Assembly (NCBI GenBank): GCA_004764695.1
Contig: SMSO01000005.1
Coordinates: forward strand, 1,612,001-1,676,000
Direction: 5' to 3'
Source of the DNA: Schizochytrium sp. TIO01
Lineage: Eukaryota > Protista > Bigyra: Labyrinthulomycetes
DNA length: 64,000 nucleotides
Shown: positions 22,300-34,050 of the stretch, piece after piece
Layout of the letters: each line of letters opens with the position of its first letter
Position numbering within the stretch: position 1 is the first letter of the stretch
Notes under the pieces: generated by a model
What the model was told of the DNA's origin: nothing
Database searches by the model: none
What the model saw: only the letters and a program-made list of their open reading frames with translations
Made by a program: the position numbers and the translations under genes

Positions 22300-24744
22300 T
22301 TACTCTAAAACAGGTGTCTTTGACAAATCTAAAGAAAATGGCATTCTTGGTAGCTGTGCAAGTCCAGATGTTGCATCGGTACTAGTGAGAACCTTCATAG
22401 GAACACGCTTGCGACAATACTCTGCATAAGCAGCGTTTCGTCGGAAATCATCCCAGAGCCCTCGCAAAACGATTGTTCGAATTTCTTGATATGCGACATC
22501 AAACAAATGAGTCAACTTGCTGGTTTCTACAGTTGGCATTTCACCTTTCAAGCCATCAAAAAAAGCTTTCGACATGACCTCAAATTCATCAAGAGTGTTC
22601 CGACGCTGCGAGTCCGATATATTAATTTCAAGAGGACTTCCCGGGGCTATGAATTGACTACAAATCTCCTGAGCAAAGTGCAAGAGTTCATACAGATCGC
22701 TCTTATTCGCAGAATGTACATTTTTTCGAAACTGCCGCGTCTTGACCAGAAAAAGTACGTTTTCTTCTTGAAAATACTTTCGAGCAAACCTTTTCAACTG
22801 AAAAGAACCGTAAGAGCTTGAGAGAACCTCGTCAAGGTTGACTTCATCGTGCACACACGTTGAATAGCCAAAGAGAGAGGGTTTACCCGTAACATTTTCA
22901 CTGTATGTTTGAAGACATTCCAGATTGGCAATGGTGTCCCCTGTGGTCGGGCTTAACGCCGAAAGGGTTGAAATTGGCCCTGTTGCTGGGCTCAAAGGAA
23001 AAGGTGAAGGCAAACTTGTTGATGAAAGTCGTCGTTCATCTAAAGCTCCAAAATCCTCAGAACACATTGAGGATGAGGATCTTCTCAACATTTTCCGATA
23101 CGTCGAGCTTTGCTTAAACGCAGGAAGCAAACTAAAGCCGATTCTACTTAGAATCTCCTCACGTACAGGCGCAAGCAAGTCGTCCAGATTCGAGGGTATC
23201 TCCACTACCCGCACAGAGCCTTGGTCAGTGAGTTGGGAATATAAGGCGTCAAGAGACGGCATGGATGGGCGAATTAAGGTCTGTGTGGGCGATGCATAAC
23301 GGAACAGCATGCGATTCAGGCGACGGAGTTTGGCATTCTCATCTTGTTCAGGATCGCATAGTGCTTGAAGTTCATCATGCACCTCAACAAGTTCCAGCTG
23401 CTGGCCAAGAATGTGACTTCTACGACGGTGCTCAGTACGATATTTATCCGATGTAATTGTGTCCGGTGTTGGTGCCTCCTGAAGGTCCATATTAGAATCT
23501 TCCTCCTCATGAAGAGAGCGAGCTGTGAAGATAAACTCATTAAAGAAGTTGATTTTGAAGTTATCTTGTAGCAGCTCAGTTGCTTCTCGAACTGAATCTC
23601 CTCTTGACAGAGACCCAAAACATTCAGATCTATAGTCATCTATGCTTTTTATTGATCCTCCGCCCTGAGAAATCCCTCGCGTAGGAGATGATTTCAAATC
23701 TGCCGAATCTCTCCGTTCAATGCTATGATTAGTTTCCATGGACGTCTCTGTATTTGCATTGCTATTTGTGGGATTTAATACGTGTTGTATTTGAGGTTTT
23801 GGTGGGACGGCTACTGATATTTTCATCGCTGGAACAACGGGGGGGGATTGTGCATGCGCAGAGTGTTGTTGTAAGTCCTGAGTCTGAAAATCCTTATAAA
23901 GGGACTGGAATTGCTCAGAAATAAGAAACCCTGGAAGGAACTCATACTTTAGGACGTTGTGAATTTTGAGATGCAATACGCGAAAAGCATTTTCGATTAT
24001 GCCGATATCAGTTTGCGTAATACGTTCGTTCTTATCCAGGACCAAGTCACATGCCAAATCATCGATAGTCTCACATGATAAGATACTCTTGAGACGGTTT
24101 TCAGTATCGTCTAGCCTTTTGCTATGCAAATACTCATCAAAAAGTTTTTGCGCCCACTCGTGCGAGGCTTTCCTTTTACGCTCTATTTCAGACCGTTCTT
24201 CAAACTCCTTAAGGGCGACCCAAGCTCGCAAGACATGACCCACATTTTCGCTGTCCATAAAGCATTCAAATTGGCTTCTGATATTAGCATCTCGCATCAC
24301 TCGAGACAAAGACTGTTCTGATAAGCGCCTCTGGCGATGGACAGAGCCAACTTCGTGCTCATCACAACCCCAGGCTATATGAAGCTTGGAGTGACGCTTT
24401 CTTGATAGACGAAAGCTTGCCCTCAAAGAACTTCTTGAACCTTTGTTGCTGATCTTGCTCACCTGGCTTTCATGATCTGATGCTCGACTTCGTGGACTGC
24501 TTTCCTCCGGTATGTAAATCTGCGAATCTGTGTCAGTGTTATGATCGTAAATATGTATATCGTCGTCATTGCTGTTTGACCAGCCTGCGTCACTATCAAG
24601 TTGCATTGAGGCCTCACGGCTCGTCTGTATAGTAGGTGAGTCATCTTGTGTTAGACGCCTAAAGCCACTCGCTACGGTGCTAGAAGAAGAAGAGCATCGT
24701 TGCTTTGGGGCATTCATGCTCTCTTTGCTCCCGGTACACCCCAT
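22300..24744 (-). CDS. Regulator of G-protein signalling (RGS) protein with 2-3 RGS domains and an N-terminal MGC acylation motif
   Basis: ATG at 24744 in strong context (gcaccATGg) gives MGCTGSK. RGS-1: LSRVMRD...QFECFMDSENVGHVLRAW...AQKLFDEYL. Degenerate middle unit: ELLQDNFKINFFNEFI...LLPAFKQS. Canonical C-terminal RGS: LDEVLSS...FARKYFQEENVLF...FIAPGSPLEINIS...FDVAYQEI. Confidence 0.88.
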   Translation of the reverse strand: MGCTGSKESMNAPKQRCSSSSSTVASGFRRLTQDDSPTIQTSREASMQLDSDAGWSNSNDDDIHIYDHNTDTDSQIYIPEESSPRSRASDHESQVSKISNKGSRSSLRASFRLSRKRHSKLHIAWGCDEHEVGSVHRQRRLSEQSLSRVMRDANIRSQFECFMDSENVGHVLRAWVALKEFEERSEIERKRKASHEWAQKLFDEYLHSKRLDDTENRLKSILSCETIDDLACDLVLDKNERITQTDIGIIENAFRVLHLKIHNVLKYEFLPGFLISEQFQSLYKDFQTQDLQQHSAHAQSPPVVPAMKISVAVPPKPQIQHVLNPTNSNANTETSMETNHSIERRDSADLKSSPTRGISQGGGSIKSIDDYRSECFGSLSRGDSVREATELLQDNFKINFFNEFIFTARSLHEEEDSNMDLQEAPTPDTITSDKYRTEHRRRSHILGQQLELVEVHDELQALCDPEQDENAKLRRLNRMLFRYASPTQTLIRPSMPSLDALYSQLTDQGSVRVVEIPSNLDDLLAPVREEILSRIGFSLLPAFKQSSTYRKMLRRSSSSMCSEDFGALDERRLSSTSLPSPFPLSPATGPISTLSALSPTTGDTIANLECLQTYSENVTGKPSLFGYSTCVHDEVNLDEVLSSSYGSFQLKRFARKYFQEENVLFLVKTRQFRKNVHSANKSDLYELLHFAQEICSQFIAPGSPLEINISDSQRRNTLDEFEVMSKAFFDGLKGEMPTVETSKLTHLFDVAYQEIRTIVLRGLWDDFRRNAAYAEYCRKRVPMKVLTSTDATSGLAQLPRMPFSLDLSKTPVLE

Positions 24745-25720
24745 GGTGCTGCATACGTCTGCGATGCAGCGCCACGGTTGTGAACGGAGTCCACGTTTCT
24801 GAAATGCAAGCGGTTCAAGCAATCTTTTGTTTAATTGAGGGGGGTGCATCAGAAGGAGAGGGAGAGTCGTTCATTCTTACAACAGATGAGAAGAGGTCAC
24901 TACATAACTAATAATGATTAATCCTAACCTCTGAAAACTTTCCAAAAGTGAAATGTTGTTGTGTGCATCTCGGAGTGAATGATCTCATTGGGTTACATAA
25001 CACTAGCGCACCGCCAGCGCGCCTTCATTTGTATTCAAGCTGCTTGGGATATACTTGCAAGAAGAACTTAGCACATTAGAATGAATCAAAATTACTCAAA
25101 AAGGTACATTGCGTTTTTACGCATTCTAGTGAATTGTCATGACGCTGCGAAATATTCTTTCAATGCAAGAGATATCTTCTCTTTTTGTTGTGATCGACAG
25201 GGAAGCGTTTTGGACATTTATGTCTGTCACTTTTTCCATATATAATCCCAAATTCGATACCTGAGAAAACATTTGTAATATATTGACCACAGCCTACTAC
25301 ACTCCGAAATATGACTTTATTGCAGTCTCTGCATAATCCCGATGCTGTAAAGCAATTCCAGGCGATAAAACTTAACTATAATCGATGGGGTGCGTCAATC
25401 GTTCAATCTCTGTTACTTGGCCCTTACGTTTCCATGGTGTATATGGAGCACGTGCTTTTAGGTCCCATAACTCCTAACGAGATGTCGGTTGAATTCTTCG
25501 TGCGCCGTGCACTATTGTGTAAGGTTTCATGCACCCTCAGTAAGCCGTTATGTTTATATAGGTTACAGTATAAATCAGCAAATAGATTGTCTCTTGGGTT
25601 TTGCAAAAGTTGAGAGAGCTTGAACGATGGTTAGTTTATTTGATGTAAGAAATATATTCAGATCGAACTGAGATGAATAGCTCTGGGATCTAGAGGCCTC
25701 ATTTCGGGTTCTCTCTACTT

Positions 25721-27355
25721 ATGAAGACCTCACATCGATTTCGTGAGTACCGAGCCGGTGCTCACAAAGATGCTGTGGAGCGACAGAAGCGGTCTTTCGT
25801 TGAACACTCGTGGGATGATGCAGTAGACGGCGGAGTTGAAGGTTTGGCAAGTTCACGACAGCGGGGCGAGGCTACCACTACGGGGGACTTTGTTGGGCAT
25901 TACAATATAGCTGCACCAACAATACATGATCTTGAGTTTGCCTGGTGGGCAAATAAGCGACAACGGAAACGAGATCGATTGAGGAATCCACGAGATCTTG
26001 CCAAAATCATTGCAGAGCACCCCGAGAGCTATACTTCTCATAGCCAATCATTGCGTGCGGTCAGATGTCGTATTAATGCCATAAAGATAACCCACTTGCA
26101 TGATCAGTACCTCCAAGTACGAAAGCTAGTTTTGGGTGGAAATCGCCTCGAGACAATGAGCTGGTTACAATATTTCCCCAACCTCGAAATTTTGTCTCTG
26201 GAGGCAAACTACCTACAGGATATGCACGAGCTACATTGGCTCAGTAAACCAAAGCGACTCACGCGCGTATGCCTTGCAGAGAATCCAGTGGCATTCTTTC
26301 CCTTTTATAAAGCTCATGTGAAGACATATTGTCCCCAGATTCGCGAGGTCGACTGCTCGGCAGCTATGGATGCTTTTCAAGCTCGTGAAGAGGTACATTT
26401 TGACATTTCCACTCAGGCAATATTGGTGGAGAACTTATGCGAGCTCTTGTCCCTTAGACTAGCTACCAAGCTGTGTCGCGTTCATTCTGAGCTCTTGCGG
26501 TTTACCGTAAGGTATCCGTCTATCTCCGCAATTCGTGCAGATATTCGCTTGAATGAAATTCGGCACGGATGGCAATTTCGTAAGGAGGCACAACGAACGC
26601 TCGATGATGCTACAGTAGAGCGTCTGACATCCGGAAATCTTGAGACGTTGCTTCGTCTGTGGAACTACTCGGAGCACCTTGCTGCACATGAATTAGAGGC
26701 TCTGCAAGGGGAAATTATTCGTGAAGCGGTTGCGTCGACCCCTGCAGAGATGTTCCGTCGCTGTGGTCGGGCAGACGGTAGCACAGCAAATGAACGGTGG
26801 GAGGTTCTTGCGTATAATAGTGTGGCGAACAGACTACGAAGAATGACGGCGCAGATGGTGTTAGAATGCGACTATCAGCGTGAAATTGATCAGGAGTGGC
26901 TTGCATTACGGCCTCGTCTTGGTCCCCAAACAGCCACTCGCCGTGCCGCGGAGCTAGAGGTTGAGCGTGCGTATCATCGATATTCTGAAGAACGTGCGAT
27001 TAGAGATGACCTTTTCTACATACGTACCAAAATGGATGACTGTGGAAGGCCATCTAGTCTACGTGCGAGTAGAAGCCGGCCCCGAAGCCCGCCTCTGTAT
27101 TCTGACCGTGGAATGGGGCTATCCCCTCTGCGTACGACCCCAAATCCCGTGATCACACCACATCGCAGCGAACGCCATCGCCGTCCGCGACGTTCTTCTC
27201 CACGCGTTTCTTTAGATGATTTATTTGACCAAGCTTATTATGGAGATGCAGAGAGTATTACAGACAATCTTGCTCGGGCGAGTGAGGAGTTGCTCCGTTC
27301 CACATATACTCCGGAAGGCTTCGTAGAAGGTTGGGGTAATCTTGCAGAGATATGA
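25721..27355 (+). CDS. Leucine-rich repeat protein (SDS22-like LRRs with LRR cap), possibly ciliary or centrosomal
   Basis: VRKLVLGGNRL, LEILSLEANYL, LTRVCLAENPVA...YKAHVKTYCPQIREVD (LRR cap); 544-aa ORF. Confidence 0.8.
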   Translation: MKTSHRFREYRAGAHKDAVERQKRSFVEHSWDDAVDGGVEGLASSRQRGEATTTGDFVGHYNIAAPTIHDLEFAWWANKRQRKRDRLRNPRDLAKIIAEHPESYTSHSQSLRAVRCRINAIKITHLHDQYLQVRKLVLGGNRLETMSWLQYFPNLEILSLEANYLQDMHELHWLSKPKRLTRVCLAENPVAFFPFYKAHVKTYCPQIREVDCSAAMDAFQAREEVHFDISTQAILVENLCELLSLRLATKLCRVHSELLRFTVRYPSISAIRADIRLNEIRHGWQFRKEAQRTLDDATVERLTSGNLETLLRLWNYSEHLAAHELEALQGEIIREAVASTPAEMFRRCGRADGSTANERWEVLAYNSVANRLRRMTAQMVLECDYQREIDQEWLALRPRLGPQTATRRAAELEVERAYHRYSEERAIRDDLFYIRTKMDDCGRPSSLRASRSRPRSPPLYSDRGMGLSPLRTTPNPVITPHRSERHRRPRRSSPRVSLDDLFDQAYYGDAESITDNLARASEELLRSTYTPEGFVEGWGNLAEI

Positions 27356-27637
27356 TTTACAGAAACGCAGGAATTCACGCTTTCTGATGTGAACCTAGAT
27401 GTTGTTGAAAATATAATATTAGGATTGTCTAGACATTTAGACTAAGAAGTTTTAATTTGGTTTCAGAGAACGGGAGACGTTGCTGGAGTTGATAGTAATG
27501 ATTACCAGCAAAGAAGAACAAATGTCTCAAAAGAGCAAGAATACTAGAAAGCGAGTATGACTGACTCTTAATGCCAGGCATTTAATCAGTGAATGTGCTC
27601 ACGTGAATCATCATCTGCATGTGCATTAAGAGAGCAC

Positions 27638-29416
27638 TTATGGGGCCTGGAAACTGGAGCCAGGGACGTAACTCTGACCAGGAATGATGCTCAGCTCGGG
27701 TACAGAGGCGCCGACGACGAATGTTTCTAACCGGTTGGCGGTGGTATCATTGTGTCCAGTCACGAGCACGATACGTGATCCGTGGGAAACGAGGCCAAGC
27801 TCAGTGGCCTTGGCAATACCACGGGGCACACATGAGGCACGCTCCAAAGAATGGACGAGGTAGGGGATAACACCGCGGTACAGAGAAACTTGAGCGCAGA
27901 TTTTAGGGGATACAGAGAGCGCGAGAATAGGGACGTTGGGGAAGTGCTTCGAGAGGGTTCTGGCAGTCTGGCCGCTCTTGGTGACAGTGATGATCAAGTT
28001 TGCTCCAATGTCCTTGGCGGTAGCAACGGCGGCCATGGAGAAAGCCTCGTTAAGGTCACTGGTGGAGCGTCCCTTGTTGTTCTTGCGGCGGACCTCCTCG
28101 TCTTCCTCAAGAACGACGATACGCTTGTGCTGTTCAATGTCAAGCTCGGCTTCCTTGCAAATGCGGCTCATAACCTGAATAGTAGCCACCGGGTATGCTC
28201 CAACAGCAGTCTCACCGGAAAGCATGACACAGTCAGTACCATCAAAGACAGCGTTGGCAACATCGCTTGCCTCCGCGCGTGTGGGACGCGGTTTGTGGAT
28301 CATGGACTCGAGCATCTCGGTCGCAGTAATGACAAACTTTCCTGCCAAGTTGCAGTCCCTGATAAGACGCTTTTGTACAGAGCACACGCGCTCCAGAGGG
28401 ATTTCTACTCCCAGGTCACCTCTGGCAACCATGATTCCATCTGAGACGTTCATAATGGATCGAATGTTGTTCAGGGCCTCCTGGTTTTCAATCTTGGCGA
28501 TAACGTGCATACCATTCTCAACAACGCCAGGGATCTCACGGACCTGCACGATTCCAGCTGCAGCTCTGGTGAACGAGTGGGCAATGTACTCAATCTTGTG
28601 TTCAACCGCGAACTCAATATCACGCTTGTCCTTCTCCGTCAGGTGCGGCAGATCAATCGGGCAACCAGGAACGTTGACGCCCTTGTTGCTCTTGATGGGT
28701 CCACCCATAATCACGCTAGTGTGCACGTCTCCAGTAGCAGCATCGATTTCTCGTGTCATGAACGAAAGACGTCCGTCGTCGACAAGGATAACATCGCCAA
28801 CGTCTACGGTCTCGGCAAGACGGTCATAGGTAGTGCCAACGCCGGTCTCATCTCCAAGGCGGTCGACACTTTTGAAAAAGGTGAAGGCATCACCGTTGTT
28901 GAGCTCAATGGTGGCATCGTCTGCAAACTTGCCCACACGGACTTCGGGTCCCTTAGTGTCGAGGATGATAGGGCAAATGCGTCTGCGGAGCTCAGCGGCT
29001 GCGCGAAGGTTGGTGATAGCCTCCTTGAAGAACTCGTAGTCTCCATGCGAGGCATTGAGACGCATGGCGGACATGCCTGCGTCAAGCATTTCGCCGAGTT
29101 TTTGCTTAGAGCAGGTCGCGGGACCGACCGTACAGATGATTTTGGACATGAGCTTGCTCGGGTTGGGGACCTTGAAGTACTCACCGTAGTCCTCCTGCAG
29201 CAGAAAACCAGGGCCTGAAGAGATCTCATGGTGGTTCTCAGCGTCCTGTTCCCAGCGACCGCTCTCGTTCCAACGGGAGCCTGAAGAGGGTCCTGCCGCC
29301 GCGGATGACAAATTTGAAACACGGAGACCTTGCACGCTAGGCAAGGTTCCCGCAAATCGCCCTGTGAACGCCCTCCGCGAAAGCGCGAGGTTCCTGGCGG
29401 CCATGCTCCGAATCAT
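27638..29416 (-). CDS. PYK: Pyruvate kinase with a predicted mitochondrial presequence
   Basis: SKIICTVGP, RLNASHG, LDTKGPEVR, IAKIEN, DGIMVARGDLGVE, PTRAEASDVANAVFDGTDCVMLSGETA. The N-terminal extension is Arg/Ser/Ala-rich and free of acidic residues. Confidence 0.97.
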   Translation of the reverse strand: MIRSMAARNLALSRRAFTGRFAGTLPSVQGLRVSNLSSAAAGPSSGSRWNESGRWEQDAENHHEISSGPGFLLQEDYGEYFKVPNPSKLMSKIICTVGPATCSKQKLGEMLDAGMSAMRLNASHGDYEFFKEAITNLRAAAELRRRICPIILDTKGPEVRVGKFADDATIELNNGDAFTFFKSVDRLGDETGVGTTYDRLAETVDVGDVILVDDGRLSFMTREIDAATGDVHTSVIMGGPIKSNKGVNVPGCPIDLPHLTEKDKRDIEFAVEHKIEYIAHSFTRAAAGIVQVREIPGVVENGMHVIAKIENQEALNNIRSIMNVSDGIMVARGDLGVEIPLERVCSVQKRLIRDCNLAGKFVITATEMLESMIHKPRPTRAEASDVANAVFDGTDCVMLSGETAVGAYPVATIQVMSRICKEAELDIEQHKRIVVLEEDEEVRRKNNKGRSTSDLNEAFSMAAVATAKDIGANLIITVTKSGQTARTLSKHFPNVPILALSVSPKICAQVSLYRGVIPYLVHSLERASCVPRGIAKATELGLVSHGSRIVLVTGHNDTTANRLETFVVGASVPELSIIPGQSYVPGSSFQAP

Positions 29417-29840
29417 CTTCGAGCAAGCCTTTGCACAGACTTTTCAAAGGAACTCTCTTTCTCAAAACAACGCCAAACTCCAAAGATCCTCCGCGAACAC
29501 GACGACCCTCCAAGGCGCAGCGAGCCTTCGCAGAGTTCGCAAGATATGGATATGCTGAGTAATCTGACGTCCCAGACCCTACCTCCTATACCTCTGAGAA
29601 CAGAACGCGACAGGACGATATAACTAACTAATCAGTACCTAACTAACTTTATCATAAACAAAGCAAAAAAAGCAACAAACAAACACAACAGACAAACAAA
29701 AAGATAAAGAGGCAAACAAGCAAAGGCTCTGTTATGGAAACCGTGCCGCTTGGTTCGTCAGTGAGGCTTCTTGGCTTCAGGGTTCGTTGTCGATAAGACT
29801 TCAAGTTGATTTGGGTTGGGTTGTCGTGGTGTGTTTCTCT

Positions 29841-29928
29841 GTTTGTGTTTGTTTGTTTGTTTGTTTGTTTGTTTGTTTGTTTGTTTGTTTGTTTGTTTGT
29901 TTGTTTGTTTGTTTGTTTGTTTGTTTGT
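29841..29928. repeat. (TTTG)n microsatellite
   Basis: Directly visible. Confidence 0.95.
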
Positions 29929-30182
29929 TCTTGGGTAATAGATGGAAGAAGAGGATGAATTGAAGAAGATAAGACATTGGAGAGATTGGGTTGACGAATA
30001 AGATTCAACCCACACAGCGACTTGAAGCACACAGGGCCGGCTGTATTGCATCGCACTGCCTACAAATAGCTGCGCAGTGCATTGCAAGCATGCATTTTGC
30101 ATGATGAGATCCAACTAATCCACCTTGCACATATCTACATTAAGTTCTTGCTTTGCGAATACCCTTCTCGTGGCACAGCGTG

Positions 30183-30237
30183 GCATTGCATTGCATTGCA
30201 CTGCATTACATTGCATTGCACTGCATTGCATTGCATT
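30183..30237. repeat. (TGCAT/TGCAC)n pentanucleotide repeat
   Basis: Directly visible, imperfect. Confidence 0.85.
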
Positions 30238-30892
30238 TCCTTGCCAAGACATGGTACAGTAAACCCGCATGAAGTATGTGAGAATGGTGGGAATTCATGA
30301 AGTGGCCAAGAGTTGACCCCTACTTTCGAGGTGACAAGTAGGCAAGTAATTCGAGGCCCTGGAGTCCTCAGCGTGTAGGCCGCCAGCGGCAGCCGACCGT
30401 CCCTTGACGCCACCAAGTTCTCAGAACAGAGCCGAAGTCCTCGAGCTCGGTGCCGTTCGGTTCTCGCCTTTTCTTTTTTGCAGATAAGCAAAGCACACGC
30501 GGCAGCACACCGCCAAATGGAATGCAATTCATTACAAACCTCCATTCTTACAATCATTCATCGTACCAAGAGGCCCTGTATTTCGATCAACTGCTCTCAT
30601 ACTTAGAGCTGCCATTTACCATCACTTAAGACATCGAGCGAAACCCGCAGCGTAGCATACGCAGCAGCGAAATCGCCGCTCAACTCGTTCGCATGCCCAA
30701 AACCTTCGCGTGGCGTTTGTTCGACCCAACTGCAATTCCACCAACCCGACCCGGCGAGAATCTCCTGCCGCCACGAGCCATTCCATCCAGGTACTGCCAG
30801 GTACTGCGTCAGGGAGTGAGTGAGTGCTGTCTCGAACGAAGGTCTTCAACATGTCCAAGCTGCCCAAGAACGGACTTCCACTCGCGATCATT

Positions 30893-30944
30893 TCACTCAC
30901 TCACTCACTCACTCACTCACTCACTCACTCACTCACTCACTCAC
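30893..30944. repeat. (TCAC)n microsatellite
   Basis: Directly visible. Confidence 0.95.
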
Positions 30945-31149
30945 TACTTTCTATCCACAGATCTATCTCACGAGAACGACTCATTACACCGCATTACATT
31001 ACATCGCCATCCTTCCAAAACACCAAAACCACACGAAACAATCAGTTACATAACTGACTGCGCAACGTTCTCTCACTCGAAAGAAGCGGAAAACAACGAC
31101 CCATCCAGGCCACGCGTGCGCTAGCTGCCGGCTAGCGGACTCCTACCAG

Positions 31150-31700
31150 GAGCACCTCCAGCCAAGTGTGTCCTATCTGCTGCTGATAGCGACGTTGCTA
31201 CCTGTTACTCTAGCAGTGGCGCAAATTGGTTGTGCAGTCAGAGAGAATGAAGGGGCTCAAGCTCTGGAGAATGGAGGAATGAATGCCTTGGAGCAGGCGC
31301 CGCCATTATTGGCTGTGGCTGGCTGGATGGCTGCCAGCAGAGCAGAGCAGCTGGCAGCGTGGAAAGCCGCCGCTGGCCTCGGAAGTGGGCCCTCCGCTCG
31401 CGTCCCTACATTTGCCCGCGCGGGATCCTCGTGTCATAACCCACTGCTGTTCGCAGCGTTGATGTCTGCTCCCTCATTACGCCTGGAAGAAAGCGCACAA
31501 CTCTTGGAGGCGGACCACTGCGCGCATAGCGCTCGCTCGCAGGCACCGCATGTTTCTCTAGGGTCCTCTTGGCCAGGCCTACCTTCTGGCCAAGAGGCTC
31601 ACGGAAGCGGGTTCCCTCGAGGACTGCTCAGTGGAGTGCGCGAACAAAGTGGGGCACCCGCTGCTCTGTGGGTGGGTGGAGAGCGTTCTAAGAGAGTTCC
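31150..31700. promoter_or_regulatory. GC-rich island with CCAAT motifs; probable pyruvate kinase promoter
   Basis: GC/CpG-rich, with ATTGG at about 31226 and 31308; lies upstream of PYK on the minus strand. Confidence 0.35.
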
Positions 31701-33299
31701 CGAACTGATAGTTTCTTGCAGATGTAGATCATTGTAACCGGTACATATGGTTTGTTCTTTTGCAGGAGGCTGCATTTTTACTGCTATCTACGCACCAAAC
31801 GTATCACATCAATGTCTGTAAGGTAGCTTGAGATTTGGTCGATATTAAGGTTTCTCGGGTTCCTGTTGGGTTTTCGAACGACAAAAGAGCTTGATTGTTA
31901 CTAAGGTTTTCACGGATTGCTTGCAGTAAGTGGTCACAACGGGCGAGTGTTTTGAGTGCTACTTGCTTTTATGCGATGGAATCACAAGATTTATTCTACC
32001 AAATCAATGCGATCGAGATTATTACTGTTCGTAGAATTCGGCAAAGCAGTTGTTTTATAGTTTAGAGACTTGTGTAGTTTCACTCGCCATTGGTAGTTTA
32101 AGCCATCTCTGACGAGTTGGGTGGTGGATGAACAGCAAACTTACATTCTGCAGAGGAGCGAGCGAAGTTGGCGGAAGTTTTCAATAATGCAGATATTAGG
32201 TTTCTGAGGCGAACGAATAGCAGATAAAAATTCTATCTTTGTATAAGTCACTGGTATAAGAGCACATGATTGGCTGCTGGAAATATTCTGTTCATTCTAT
32301 TGGTCTGCAGATGATAGAAAAATGCATCAGCTGCAAATAAAATCGTTGATAATTTCTGGATAGCTTGGTTTCACATCAGATTTGTCTGCGGCGGCAATAT
32401 GGCGATTACCGACTCTAAAAGGTTTAGAACCAAAGACTTTAGGTCAGGACCCCTTTTAAGAATTAAACAGAATTACTGTATCAAATAAAATAATTTAAAT
32501 TTAGATACAAGCTCCGTAGGAGTGTCCTTTGCTGTACTCTGACAAAACTGTTTCTATACCTACCTAAATTACCCCCAAGTAAGAAAAGTAGTCATGAATA
32601 CACCAAAACAATATATGCTTTGAATTGATAGCCCCAATAGGAGTGAGTATCTAGTGTTATGTTCTCTTTCCTTTTATAAATAATTCCATAGGCTACCTGG
32701 TAGGTGTTTGTAGTAGTTGAGATAGGAAGCGATGATTAGTTTTATAAGTTGCGCTACGCACCTCTGTCTACTGTAGAAAAGAGAAGGATGAATCTATTAA
32801 CGGCAACGTACTTTATAGAGTCCACATGATGGTAATTCTTGAGAAATATAGATAATGCAAGATTAGCCATATGTCTTTAATTGTCTAGAGACGAGCGTTT
32901 GCGAAGGTCAACACTTCCGCGGATATATATGGTCATCACCCGTTAACTTATTTTCTAGATTGCACTTAATTATTGTTATCCGTGTTATTTGCTGCAGTTT
33001 TTTTTCCCTTAATTTTTAATTCTAATGATAACATTTTTAACAGTATTTATGAACCCTGCCAAGCGAGGACAGCTTTGCTTGGCCTCTGGTAAGAACACGT
33101 ATATTTTAAAAGTCAATGAGTCCTCTTTCTTTCTTCCTTCCTTCCTTCCTTCCATTCTTTTGTGAGTAACGAACTCTAGAAACCCCTACAGGCACACATA
33201 GGTGCAGGTGGTAGTCGCCATCATCCTCTTAGTATACAACTTTGAGACCTTACAAGTTGAGATCCGTTGAGACGTTGACTAGAAGTGTGTTAGATCAGT

Positions 33300-34050
33300 T
33301 TTTCGGAACGAGCTGTCTTGGAAATGAACGGGGAGCAATTTTGAGGGCGCTGGATTGGACGTAGCAGCCAAGAGGCGGAAGGATTTTCAGCAGGTATTCA
33401 AAAAGCTTGTGCCTTGAAACACCTGTAGAGCTAGTAGATGTAAGTCAGAAACAGTTAGCACTAATACGTAGTAGAGGTAATTTGGTTGCTCGTTAACTAT
33501 CTGGCATGTGAGGAGATCTTGCGAAATTTTATCAGTGAGGTAATATCGTGTGTGGAAGAAGCGAGCTGTAACAAAGAGCACCCTTGACTGTCCGCACGTA
33601 AACTTTACATTCTCGAGTCAATTAACTAAGACTCCTAGCTTCTGATCGGACGCGACTTAGGTTCTAAACGCAGCTTGCGAGGTTGCATCAGCCCTCGGCG
33701 TCTAGTGTCATAAGCCGCAGCATCTGAATGAAGCTACAGGTATTCAGACAAATCTTCGTCCACAACTTGAGATTACAAGTTCTCGATAACAACAGAGCTT
33801 AGACACTCCGTTGAGGAGGTTCTCTGACTTTAGACATCGTCGTATCGAGGACTGGGAGACTCTGCGAGCTGGTTTGCTCTAGTACTTAAAAACCCCACGC
33901 TGCGTTGCGACAGGGAATCGTAAACAGCACGGCATCAGTGACGAGCAAACTTGGATCAGCTAGGTTTGAATTCCGAGCAGCAAAATACGAAAGGAACACA
34001 CATAAAACTGACAGTCTGCGAGTAGGCAAAGCTAGATTTCACTTGCGTAC
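33300..34050 (+). pseudogene. Decayed leucine-rich-repeat coding relic
   Basis: The frame from 33602 reads TLHSRVN*LRLLASDRTRLRF*TQL...LRLQVLDNNRA*TLR*. This fits the LxxLxLxxNxLxxLPxxIxxL spacing, with many stops. Confidence 0.35.

Larger units (their letters stand above)
29594..31146 (-). other. Putative 5'-UTR intron of the pyruvate kinase gene
   Basis: Minus-strand acceptor TTCTGTTCTCAG ends at 29594, with branch-like TACTGAT at 29631-29637. Candidate donor CTG|GTAGGA at 31146 lies next to a GC island. The donor choice is uncertain. Confidence 0.35.

Noticed and set aside
25311-25613. 100-aa ORF with one LRR-like stretch (IKLNYNRWG)
   Set aside because: A single weak motif; cannot separate chance from an upstream exon or relic.
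27851-29218. 197-237 aa plus-strand ORFs
   Set aside because: Antisense shadows of pyruvate kinase.
31168-31737. 189-aa ORF with a signal-peptide-like start
   Set aside because: GTG start, lies on a GC island where stops are rare, and has no recognisable domain.
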